DNA of 64,000 bases from a virus: positions 32,001 through 96,000 of IMG/VR virus record IMGVR_UViG_3300020123_000589; one strand, given 5' to 3'. Both the position numbers and the translations under genes were made by a program. The stretch's first letter is position 1; each line of letters begins with the position of its first letter. A model generated the notes under the pieces. That model did not search any database, was not told where the DNA came from, and worked only from the letters and a program-made list of their open reading frames with translations. Shown piece after piece: positions 29,533 through 38,452 of the stretch.

Positions 29533-31227
29533 ATGAGCCGACCTAAAGGCAGTAAAAATATTTCTAAACAAGCCGAGAAGCAGGTTATTATTGGTGAGGG
29601 AATTAGTGGGTCCACTTCATCAAGTGGGATGGATGCTGGTCTGACCAAAATTGGTTCTCTTGCTAAGACTGCCAATTATGGCGTATCTCAGACTTCTTCA
29701 TTTTTCTACAGTCCTGAACTCACAACTGAGAGCTGGCTTCTCCCTAAATCACGTCAAGAAACTTGCCGTTGGGCGCGTGTATTCTATAATTTAAATCCTA
29801 TTGTGCATAGTGTAATTAACATGCATTCTAAGTATCCTTTTTCCAAATTTGAACTCGTTTGTGGAGATCCTACGGTTAAACAGTTTTATGAACAGATGGC
29901 ATTCAATAAGAATTTCAATTTGACCGATTTTATTGGACAAGCTTCGTTAAGTTATGAGAAATTTGGTGAGGCTCTTTGTTTTGGTACTATGGAGAAAAAG
30001 GGAGACAAATTTCAATGGACGAAGTTTGTTCTCCTTGAACCAGAACTTATCGATGTCAAATCAGATATGATGAGTGGTAAGCAAACCTTTGAGATGGTTC
30101 CAACAGCCGAACTTAAACAGCTTGTTACTTCTACTCGTCCTGAAGATGCAGATGCTCAAAAACAGTTAGAAGAGTGGTCCCCAGAAATTGTTAAAGCCAT
30201 TAAAGAAAATAGAAATATTCGTTTATCAGATGAGAACGTTTCTATCATTGCTAATCTTACTGATCCCTCAGCTACTCGTGGAACAAGCCGTATTCAATGT
30301 CTATTTAAAGATTTAATTTTAAATGATTTTATTCGTTTGGCACAGATGGCCTACGCCCAACGATATGTGTTTCCAGTTGAAATGTGGTCCATCGGGGATA
30401 TTGCTAACAACATTATTCCAAGTACAACAGATTTGCAGAATTGGAAACAGCTCATCAATCAATCAATTCAACAACCTCCATTCTCTCTCGTTACTCCTCC
30501 TTACGTTAAGTATGAAGCTTTGAGTACCGCAGGAAAAACATTTCCTGTAAATACAGAATGGTATGAATATACATTAAGTCAGTTGATGATTGGATTGGGT
30601 GTTAATAAGAATTTAATGACGGGGGATGGCCCTTCTTTCAGTGCAGGTCTTAAAGGTATGTCTCTTCATCGTTTGATGATGGAATATAAATTCGTAAGAG
30701 ATAAATTTGAAGATTGGATTATTCACAGATTTTTTGAACCCATTGCTGAAAAGAATGGTTTTTATACGACTGAGAATGGCGAGAAAAAATTAATTTTACC
30801 TGAAATTTCTTGGAAAAAATCTCTTGATATTGAGGATGCAGAAGCAGAACGCGACATGTTTGTAAAAATGTGGGAATCTGGAGTTATTAGTACAGAAACT
30901 TTGTTTACTAAATTCCCCACTCTTGATTTTAAAACGGAACAAAAGAAATTAGAACTTGAACGTGGAACAATTTATGATAAGGGTGATGGAGCAAGGTTGC
31001 CTGAGAAGATCCATAAATCAGTTGTAAAACCTGGAGGAGATACAGGATTTGGTGGAAAAGGCGGTGGTGGTGCACCAGGAGCTATTGTTCCAATTAAGCC
31101 CGTCAAACCAGTTAAACCAGGAGAAGAGCCAGAAGCTGGAGAAATTCCAGTTCCAGGTGCTCCAGAAAGTACCCCAGAAGGTGGTGGAGAAGCTACAGCT
31201 CCCACTTCCATCGCTCCAACAGTATAA
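29533..31227 (+). CDS. portal protein
   Basis: position after terL; 564 aa; W.R.FY..NP.V..VINMHS.YP, FGEA, RGTS.I motifs; Pro/Gly-rich tail. Confidence 0.8.
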   Translation: MSRPKGSKNISKQAEKQVIIGEGISGSTSSSGMDAGLTKIGSLAKTANYGVSQTSSFFYSPELTTESWLLPKSRQETCRWARVFYNLNPIVHSVINMHSKYPFSKFELVCGDPTVKQFYEQMAFNKNFNLTDFIGQASLSYEKFGEALCFGTMEKKGDKFQWTKFVLLEPELIDVKSDMMSGKQTFEMVPTAELKQLVTSTRPEDADAQKQLEEWSPEIVKAIKENRNIRLSDENVSIIANLTDPSATRGTSRIQCLFKDLILNDFIRLAQMAYAQRYVFPVEMWSIGDIANNIIPSTTDLQNWKQLINQSIQQPPFSLVTPPYVKYEALSTAGKTFPVNTEWYEYTLSQLMIGLGVNKNLMTGDGPSFSAGLKGMSLHRLMMEYKFVRDKFEDWIIHRFFEPIAEKNGFYTTENGEKKLILPEISWKKSLDIEDAEAERDMFVKMWESGVISTETLFTKFPTLDFKTEQKKLELERGTIYDKGDGARLPEKIHKSVVKPGGDTGFGGKGGGGAPGAIVPIKPVKPVKPGEEPEAGEIPVPGAPESTPEGGGEATAPTSIAPTV

Positions 31228-31231
31228 TACT

Positions 31232-31462
31232 ATGCTAAATAAAACAGGTTCTCCTACGAAATTAACAGTTGTTAAACAAGGTGCATTTGAGGTTGATTTA
31301 AACCTTTTAGCGTCGATGCTTAAAGAACAATGGCCAGATAAAACTTTAACAGTGAACAATCTGCACGAAGCCCTAAAAAGTATCGGTATTGTTGAATATA
31401 AGGCCGAAGATATGCAAGAACTTATTGGAAGATTACAAGCAATTGGTTTTGTGGTTAAGTAA
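31232..31462 (+). CDS. hypothetical protein
   Basis: ATG 31232 just after the portal stop (ORF-track start 31049 lies inside portal). Confidence 0.6.
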   Translation: MLNKTGSPTKLTVVKQGAFEVDLNLLASMLKEQWPDKTLTVNNLHEALKSIGIVEYKAEDMQELIGRLQAIGFVVK

Positions 31463-31474
31463 GAAAAAAACGTC

Positions 31475-31526
31475 TAAAACCCCCTTAAAAATATAATAAA
31501 ATCAGGTATTATTAGGGAGTAGTGTA
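31475..31526 (+). promoter_or_regulatory. conserved intergenic motif copy 3
   Basis: 52 bp identical to 58651..58702. Confidence 0.72.
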
Positions 31527-31563
31527 AAATAGTTATTTTAGAAGGATCAGAATCGATAGGAGA

Positions 31564-31836
31564 ATGTTTATGGCACCACAAGATAAGCCACGCAAAGAAA
31601 TAGATTTCGTAACCATCGGAGAAGATGGCAAAGAACATTTGAATTTACATATTTTTGTTGAGTCCCTTTTAACTCTTGCTATGGGTAAATCTCTTGATAT
31701 GGGACGATTGGCTATTCAACATAAAGAAGCTTTTGAACAATTTCAAAGAACAATCAAAGATGATTCATATGACCGTATTGAGTTTGCCAAACGAGTTTTG
31801 AAGAAATATGGATACGAGAGTAATATTCGTGAATAG
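31564..31836 (+). CDS. hypothetical protein
   Basis: SD AGGAG; start may be ATG 31570. Confidence 0.65.
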   Translation: MFMAPQDKPRKEIDFVTIGEDGKEHLNLHIFVESLLTLAMGKSLDMGRLAIQHKEAFEQFQRTIKDDSYDRIEFAKRVLKKYGYESNIRE

Positions 31837-31841
31837 CTAAT

Positions 31842-32501
31842 ATGACATTTGTTTTAATTCATGGGTTAGCGAAAACTAAATTTTATAAAGCATGGCAGTG
31901 TATGAAATCTCGCTGTTTAAGTAGTAATGATCCTTCATACGTTCATTATGGCGCACGAGGGATAAAAGTTTGTGATAGATGGCTAGGCAAAGATGGATTT
32001 AGTCATTTTAAAGTAGATATGTATGAAAGTTATCTCAAACACGTAGAAGAGTTTGGTGAAAAGAACACAAGTTTTGAACGTATCGATCCCAACAATAATT
32101 ATGAACCTTCTAATTGTAAATGGGCTACTTGGAATGAGCAAGCCAGAACTAAAAGAAGTTCTTCTAAAACAGCAGATCTTAATGTACACTTAAAAAAGAA
32201 ACACGCATTACATCAAGTTTTACGTTATTTAGTTAATGGCAAAATCTTGGTATCAAAGTATGAAAAATATTTTGGGTGTTCTTTAGTCCAGCTTAAACAA
32301 CATATAAAATCTCAATTTCTTCTTGGTATGACTTGGGATAATTATGGTAGAAATCCAGATCAGTGGCAAATTGATCACATTGTTGGCGTAAATAATTTTG
32401 ATCTTTCTAGAGACATGGATGTATACAAATGCTTTAATTTTAAAAATCTTAGACCGTTGTGGTTGAAGGATCACAAAAAGAAATCAACTTTGCGGGTGTA
32501 A
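31842..32501 (+). CDS. free-standing HNH-type homing endonuclease, paralogue of 10601..11482
   Basis: W.CMKSRC, YG.RGI.VC.RW, SY.KHVEEFGE.NTS, NYEPSNCKWAT, GMTWDNYG..WQIDH. Confidence 0.85.
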   Translation: MTFVLIHGLAKTKFYKAWQCMKSRCLSSNDPSYVHYGARGIKVCDRWLGKDGFSHFKVDMYESYLKHVEEFGEKNTSFERIDPNNNYEPSNCKWATWNEQARTKRSSSKTADLNVHLKKKHALHQVLRYLVNGKILVSKYEKYFGCSLVQLKQHIKSQFLLGMTWDNYGRNPDQWQIDHIVGVNNFDLSRDMDVYKCFNFKNLRPLWLKDHKKKSTLRV

Positions 32502-32502
32502 A

Positions 32503-32829
32503 ATGGAAAATTGGATAAACAATCTATCGGAAAAACACAGCATTCACAAAATAGCCGTAGAGACTGAAGTAAGTTTACCCACCTTCGAAAGATTACTAAA
32601 TGATGGATATACAATTGCTATTTGGAAGACAATTAATCCCATTCCTTGTATGCGTTGCCAAGATTTAGAAGCACAACAATTTAATTTTGCAGATTTTGTA
32701 AACAGTACGACGCATGAGGCCCCGATTTTTTCCCATTCGCACCCAAATTGTCATTGTGTAGTAATTTGCAGTGGCGACGGACTTCCTACAGTCCAGATTG
32801 ACTGGACTGGAAATATTTCAGAGGCTTAA
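32503..32829 (+). CDS. MuF/SPP1 gp7-like head morphogenesis protein (minimal)
   Basis: PCMRC...HSHPNCHC resembles the C-x2-C...HPNCRC signature; lies between portal and protease. Confidence 0.6.
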   Translation: MENWINNLSEKHSIHKIAVETEVSLPTFERLLNDGYTIAIWKTINPIPCMRCQDLEAQQFNFADFVNSTTHEAPIFSHSHPNCHCVVICSGDGLPTVQIDWTGNISEA

Positions 32830-32832
32830 TTT

Positions 32833-35800
32833 ATGGCACTATTTAAACGTGGGACTATTCTAAAGATTAATAAAACAGCCGCATCTGCCACAGAGCTTAT
32901 TATTGATCGTCCTCTAACTGAAGAAACAAAAGTTGTTGAGGGTAAGAATCCTGAATTTTTATATTTTGTAGCAAAAGCCATTGCCGCTGGTGACGAAGGT
33001 CCATTGGGCAAGAATGGTTCTAGAGAGTATAATTATAACGGAAATGGCGATTATTTTCCTAAGAAAGAAATTGAAGGTGCTTACCAAACTTTTATAGGAA
33101 AGGGAATTTATCTCGACCACAATGCTTCAAGTGTTATGTATTCTGTTGGGAAGATTATTGATGCTTTTCCTACGGTAGATCCAGACAATAAAGAATGGAG
33201 CATTTCCTGTCTTGCTAAGATTGACAGAAAGCTTCATCCTGAAATTGCTCGTAAAGTTGAAACTGGTGAATTGAATACCGTTTCCATGGGTTGTTCTTGT
33301 GGAGAATCCAAATGTTCAGTTTGTGGAACAATCCTTCGAACGGACGATGACCCTAAGTGTGAACATCTATCTCCTGGCAAATTGATGCACGAGTTTCAAG
33401 CAGAAATTGATATTCCAGAGTATGGAATTAATAAGGGCCAAACAGTAAAAAGTTTTGCAATTAATTCACAAATCAACTTCAATGAGTTGAGTTTGGTTGG
33501 TGTACCTGCATGGCCCCGCGCATTTGTTACCACAATTTTAAGTAACTTAAAGGCTAATATCAGTAAGAAAGCTTCTTTAACCAAAGAAGAACAACTTGAT
33601 TTAGTAGCGCAGTTTGAAAAGCTTGTAGACACTTTAGATTCTACTACAAAAGAACAGGTCAAAGCCGAATTTTGCGGTTGCCCAATTGTCAAGGAGAATA
33701 ACATGTCCGATACCCCCCAGAAACAATCGAACGATGAAGTAACAGATTTATTGAAGAAAGTGAGTGCTTATGAGATGGAGAAGCTTGAGAATTATATCCA
33801 ACATAAGACTCGCAAAGCAGAGGCAACCGCTGCCGCTGATACAAAGACCAATGATTCCAATTGGATGAATGGTATACTTGAGAAAGCAAAAAATACGGCT
33901 GCTGGTAAAGTATTTGCAAGAACGATTCAGCGATTGGCTGAGGAAGAAAAGAAGCCAGAGTTTGTATATGAGAAGGAAGCTACGTCCGAAACTACTCTTA
34001 AACCAGTTAAGAAATCTTCTCTCACAGCCATGTTTACAGTAAATAAAGAAGAACCAATGAAATCTTCTTGGGCTCTTTTAGACGGTAGTGATAAAGTTAT
34101 TTTAGATGCTTCACTCAATGAGATTTGGGGAGATCAGTTTGAAGCTAATCAAGATTTTGCAGTTAGTGAGGAATATGGTAGAGCAATTGCCGCACGATTT
34201 TTGGACCCTAAACTTGGTGGCGTTGAGAAACTTGCCGACCTTTGGGATGTTTCATATAAATTAAATAAAGAGGCTGACATGAATAAATCATCCGAACACG
34301 GCGAATTTTTCAAAGCTAAAGATTTCTTTGTACCTGGAAGTGATTCTTCTAATAAATACACTCCAGAGGAGATTAAACATATGCAAGAAAAAGAACACAC
34401 AGAAGCCAAAGGCAAAAAGGTTGAAGCTGGGCATATAGATGAAAAATTTGATATTACGGAAGGTAAGGGAAAGCTCTTTGATGCAAAGAATTTTTTTGAA
34501 CCTGGGTCAGATTCCTCAAATAAATGGAATGATAAACGAGTGAAGATTGAATACTCAATTAGCAAACCTGCTGGTGAGTTTTTCAAACCAGGCTCTGATT
34601 CCTCAAATAATTATAAAGCCACGGATGTAAAAATGGAATACAACATTCCAGGTAAAGCACCAGAAGCAGGTCAGAAAGGCCCAGCAGCCCCTAAACATGA
34701 AGATATTAAAACTACGTATGATTTTAAGAAACCTGAAGGGGAATTCGTTAATACAAATAAGAAAACCAAGCTTGACGAAGAACATGCCAAATCCGAAGAA
34801 AAAATTAAAACAGGATACAAAGGCGATTTGATGTACGATGAAGAGAAAAAGCTGGACGAAAAGGGTGGAAAGAAAGAATCAGCCCTTAAATCAGCTGCTA
34901 AGACTGTAGGTGATTCTCCTGAAAGTTCCGTAAAGGGCGATATCTATCCAGAAAAGAGTCCAAAGACTTCTGGAGATGAACCAGAGTCTTCTTATAATAA
35001 AACAGCCAAAACCGTTGGTGATGCTCCAGAAGGTTCTGTTGAAGAAAGTCAGTATCCCAAAGCTTCTGAGCCTAATAAGGACCCAGAGACATCAGCAAAA
35101 GATATGGAATATAAGCACGAAAAGAACATGACAAAAACTCCTGATTCTTCAGTTCAAGAGAAAATGCCAGCACCCGCTAAATCAGATAAAGATCCTGAGA
35201 CATCTGTAAAAGATACAAAATTTGAAAAACATCCTGATTTAACTAGTAAGCCTGAAACTTCCTCAAAAGAAGATCAGTACCCTACACCAGCTAATCCAGA
35301 TAAAGAACCAGATTCTTCTGTTCAAAAGGGTTCCAATCTAAAAGTTGCTAAAACTCCTGCTGGCTGGGAACACGCAGTTCGTGAGCTTAAGAAAACCGAT
35401 GTTGATAATCCATGGGCAGTAGTTAATTGGATGAAAGATAAAGGATATACACCACATAAGAAATCAGAGCTAGATATGAAAGCTGATGCTGAAATGTGTG
35501 ATAAGTGTTCAATGCCTCTTCATGAATGCGCTTGCATGGCCGCTCAGGAAAATATGGCTCCATCAATGGATGCTCCTAAACCAGAAATGGGTTCTGCCTT
35601 CGATAAAGTTGAAGAGAAACTTACAATTGGCGATGGATATGATGCTTCTAAGGATAAAGAAACTAAAGAGATTATCATTTCTAAAGATGGTAAGGAAATG
35701 AAGCGTCTCCCAGATGGTTTCGGTTCTGATGTTGCTTCTGTTACAAGTCTTCTAAAAGCTGTTCTTGGTCTTCCAACAACAGAAGAGAAGAAAGATGAAA

Positions 35801-36387
35801 AACCAGGAGAAACACTTTCTCCAGTTGAAGAAACTGTTGAAAAAGTAGAAGTTCATCCCGAAATGTCTTCTCCCTCTGAAATGCCTTCTATGAAAGCTTC
35901 TGCTCTAGAAGTAGAATTAAATAAGAAAGCTGCTGAACTAAAAGCTAAGGAAGAAGAGATTATTAAGAAAGAAACGGCTATTCTTGCAAAAGAAGCTGAA
36001 ATTAAGGCTGATAAATTCCAAAAAGCCGTCGCTTCCCGCACAGATCGTTGCCGCAGAGTGATTGAAGCTATGCTTGATAAAAACGTCCTATCAATGGATG
36101 ATGCAGTATTGAAGGAAAAACTACAAGAAGGAACTTATCTTTTGGATGCACGTAAAGCTGCCCTTGATCACGCCATTAGTGCAAAGCTAAAAGAACTTAT
36201 GGCATCCAATGATGTTGAATTGGCTGCAATAGAGAAAACTGTAGATGGCATTAAGCTTCCTGAACAGGAAGTTTCTAAGAAAGCCAATCGTATTCCATTT
36301 GTTAAATGGGATGCAATTCCAACAGAAGATGATGAAATTAAAGGCATCTTTGATCAAATGGGAAAACGCAGTCACTGGAATCAATAA
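32833..36387 (+). CDS. prohead maturation protease fused to a long scaffold region
   Basis: N-terminal NGDYF...TFIGK.IYLDHN...GKIID...VSMG...ELSLV..PA (HK97/herpes-type His/Ser); C-terminal repeats and coiled coil; precedes decoration gene and MCP. Confidence 0.75.
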   Translation: MALFKRGTILKINKTAASATELIIDRPLTEETKVVEGKNPEFLYFVAKAIAAGDEGPLGKNGSREYNYNGNGDYFPKKEIEGAYQTFIGKGIYLDHNASSVMYSVGKIIDAFPTVDPDNKEWSISCLAKIDRKLHPEIARKVETGELNTVSMGCSCGESKCSVCGTILRTDDDPKCEHLSPGKLMHEFQAEIDIPEYGINKGQTVKSFAINSQINFNELSLVGVPAWPRAFVTTILSNLKANISKKASLTKEEQLDLVAQFEKLVDTLDSTTKEQVKAEFCGCPIVKENNMSDTPQKQSNDEVTDLLKKVSAYEMEKLENYIQHKTRKAEATAAADTKTNDSNWMNGILEKAKNTAAGKVFARTIQRLAEEEKKPEFVYEKEATSETTLKPVKKSSLTAMFTVNKEEPMKSSWALLDGSDKVILDASLNEIWGDQFEANQDFAVSEEYGRAIAARFLDPKLGGVEKLADLWDVSYKLNKEADMNKSSEHGEFFKAKDFFVPGSDSSNKYTPEEIKHMQEKEHTEAKGKKVEAGHIDEKFDITEGKGKLFDAKNFFEPGSDSSNKWNDKRVKIEYSISKPAGEFFKPGSDSSNNYKATDVKMEYNIPGKAPEAGQKGPAAPKHEDIKTTYDFKKPEGEFVNTNKKTKLDEEHAKSEEKIKTGYKGDLMYDEEKKLDEKGGKKESALKSAAKTVGDSPESSVKGDIYPEKSPKTSGDEPESSYNKTAKTVGDAPEGSVEESQYPKASEPNKDPETSAKDMEYKHEKNMTKTPDSSVQEKMPAPAKSDKDPETSVKDTKFEKHPDLTSKPETSSKEDQYPTPANPDKEPDSSVQKGSNLKVAKTPAGWEHAVRELKKTDVDNPWAVVNWMKDKGYTPHKKSELDMKADAEMCDKCSMPLHECACMAAQENMAPSMDAPKPEMGSAFDKVEEKLTIGDGYDASKDKETKEIIISKDGKEMKRLPDGFGSDVASVTSLLKAVLGLPTTEEKKDEKPGETLSPVEETVEKVEVHPEMSSPSEMPSMKASALEVELNKKAAELKAKEEEIIKKETAILAKEAEIKADKFQKAVASRTDRCRRVIEAMLDKNVLSMDDAVLKEKLQEGTYLLDARKAALDHAISAKLKELMASNDVELAAIEKTVDGIKLPEQEVSKKANRIPFVKWDAIPTEDDEIKGIFDQMGKRSHWNQ

Positions 36388-36593
36388 TTTAAGAAGTAAA
36401 ATTTAACACGGCCAATTCAGAGAAAGTTGGTGCGTTAATTTGCTGAGATTAAAAGACTAAAAGCAAAAGATTTCTCTGACATAAATGGGAAGCAATCCAA
36501 GTTGTGAGTTTTCCTTGAAAAGCATTCCTAGAAAAATAAAGATAAGATTAACCAAGTTAACTCATGTTGTTAATTTAAATAAGGAGTTACAAA

Positions 36594-37082
36594 ATGGCTA
36601 TTACTATATGGAAAGAAGTAAATCGTTCACCTGGAGCACCAGTTCTTTCGGGAACTATCTCTGGTGGAACAGTTCTAGCTTGGGACCCAGCGAATACACA
36701 GAAGGTTCTTCCTTTTGGTTCCGCTACATCCACATCTCAGCCTTACGGCTTGGCTTGTGAATCCAACGTAATTCCTCCACTACAACCCGCATCCGGCCTC
36801 GTTGCTGGCCAGGGTTTTGACTACACCAACTTCAACCGCGATGGTTTGATGGGTGCATTCATTAACGGTGGAGAATTCCAGTTGTATGATGATGGTCTAG
36901 GCGCAGGAGCCCCTTACGAAGCAGGAACATATACCGTTGGTCAGCTAGTTTATGCCGATATTACTGCCACTACCGCAGCTAATATTACAGCAACAGCTGG
37001 TTCTAACGTTGCAATTGGTTCTGTTACATATGTGGATCAGAGCGTTAACCCAACACAGCTAAGAATTAAATTGTCTATCTAA
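36594..37082 (+). CDS. capsid decoration/cement protein
   Basis: 162 aa, beta-rich, YTVGQLVY motif, immediately upstream of MCP; SD AAGGAG. Confidence 0.65.
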   Translation: MAITIWKEVNRSPGAPVLSGTISGGTVLAWDPANTQKVLPFGSATSTSQPYGLACESNVIPPLQPASGLVAGQGFDYTNFNRDGLMGAFINGGEFQLYDDGLGAGAPYEAGTYTVGQLVYADITATTAANITATAGSNVAIGSVTYVDQSVNPTQLRIKLSI

Positions 37083-37103
37083 TTAATAGATAAAAAGCTT
37101 TAA

Positions 37104-37138
37104 ACAAGATTGACCGCGAGGTTGACTTGTATATTTTT
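37104..37138 (+). terminator. hairpin with U-rich tail between decoration gene and MCP (attenuator or stability element)
   Basis: ACAAGATTGACC-GCGA-GGTTGACTTGT followed by ATATTTTT. Confidence 0.4.
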
Positions 37139-37152
37139 CAAGGAGAATTATT

Positions 37153-38363
37153 ATGTCAGAACAAGTTACCAAAACCGCTTCTCCTGATGACATTTATGCC
37201 GCAGGGCTTAGTGCCGCTCAGGTTGAAGAAAAGCTAACTCGTTTGATGAACAGCCCAGGCGGATTGCAGAAGATTGCTCAGCAAATGTTGAGCCCTCTAA
37301 AGCGCGAACTTCTATATGAAGGTCGTATTCGCCAGTTGTTCCAGACGTACAAACTCGCTCTAGGCGAGGAAGCCGTGTTTGACGCAGACTTAGACGTTCC
37401 AGCAGCATCCATTTCCGTTCATGGTTTGCCACAGGAACTACAGGTCGAAGCAGATCGTATCCGCGTCGAAACTGGCCCCCTAGCAACCCGTCCCTTGATC
37501 CGATGGAACGAATCCAACTTCCGAAAGTACGATGTTCTTAATCGTACCCAAGAACGCGCAAAAGCTTCCATTATGCTTCAAGAAGACACAAAAGGTTTTC
37601 AGCTCATTGACTTTGCTGCTGGTCTAACAAATCAGACCCCAGTAAATTCACTATTTGGAACCTCTGCTGCAACCAATAACCCAACCGTGCTACCTGCGAC
37701 TGGTAAATTGGACATGCAGACACTAGTAACAGGTATCGTTACACTACGTTCAAAGTTGCTCGTAGCTTCAAAGATTTATTTGAACCCACTACGAACCGCT
37801 GATCTCATGCTCTTCAACACAACCACATCAGGAACAGGCGGAGCCGGAATTTTCGCTCCTAACTTCCAGGATATGGCATTGAAAGCAGGTCGCGTAGGTG
37901 GAATCTGGGGCGTTGATGTCCTAGAGTCCGTCGTTGTTCCTACAGCTAACACATACGTTCTAGCTCCTGCGGATTATCTTGGCGTTCTCGCCGTTCGTAC
38001 TGATATTTCCGTCGAGACAATGAAAGATGTTAACCAGATGGCCGACATTTTCGCAATCTGGGAAGATATCGGCTTCCTCATTCGCTACGCTAAATCGATA
38101 GTAAAAATCGTAGTTTCTTAAGTCCCTTGGCGTAGTAAAATTGGGCCGTATCGGTGAAACTCTTACCAAGTAATGTTGGAGACAATACCGAGGAAAGACT
38201 TGAAAAATTTCAAGTATCCGTAGAGACTAAACGCCCGACTCCGAAAGGATGAAGTTATAGTCCGACCTTCACAGAAATGTGAAGAGGTTTCCAGAAATGT
38301 GAAATCCATCTCGAAAGAGAAAGTAACAAATCGAAGGGCATTGTTAAAATTGTCGTTAGCTAA
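37153..38363 (+). CDS. major capsid protein; exon 1 37153..38091, exon 2 38334..38363 (the unspliced frame ends at 38121)
   Basis: position, size (322 aa), strong SD AAGGAG, distinct high-expression codon usage; P-domain-like G.IWG.DVL.S.VVP. Confidence 0.85.
38092..38333 (+). ncRNA. group I self-splicing intron, 242 nt, no internal endonuclease ORF
   Basis: P1: exon CTACGCT pairs with GGCGTAG (38129-35), U.G at the splice site; P10: CCCTT/AAGGG; P4 TCGGT/ACCGA; P7 GACTA (38225)/TAGTC (38258); GAAA-capped 3' hairpins; terminal G 38333. Confidence 0.9.
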
Positions 38364-38395
38364 GAATTAGGCGTATTATAGATGTGAATCTACTG

Positions 38396-38420
38396 GAGGG
38401 GTCAGTAATGACCCCTCTTG
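38396..38420 (+). terminator. stem-loop after the MCP gene
   Basis: GAGGGGTCA-GTAA-TGACCCCTC-TT. Confidence 0.65.
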
Positions 38421-38446
38421 ATAGACTCATAAAAGTATGTTATAAT
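38418..38446 (+). promoter_or_regulatory. sigma70-type promoter for the GIY-YIG gene, probably leaderless
   Basis: TTGATA-17 nt-TATAAT with extended TG; ATG 6 nt after the -10 box; no SD. Confidence 0.7.
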
Positions 38447-38452
38447 TAATAT

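Noticed and set aside
27668-31227. Inteins in terminase or portal
   Set aside because: Normal lengths; no C/S...HN splice motifs or LAGLIDADG blocks
36485-36760. 91-aa ORF overlapping the decoration gene
   Set aside because: Out-of-frame overlap with 36594..37082, which has the strong SD
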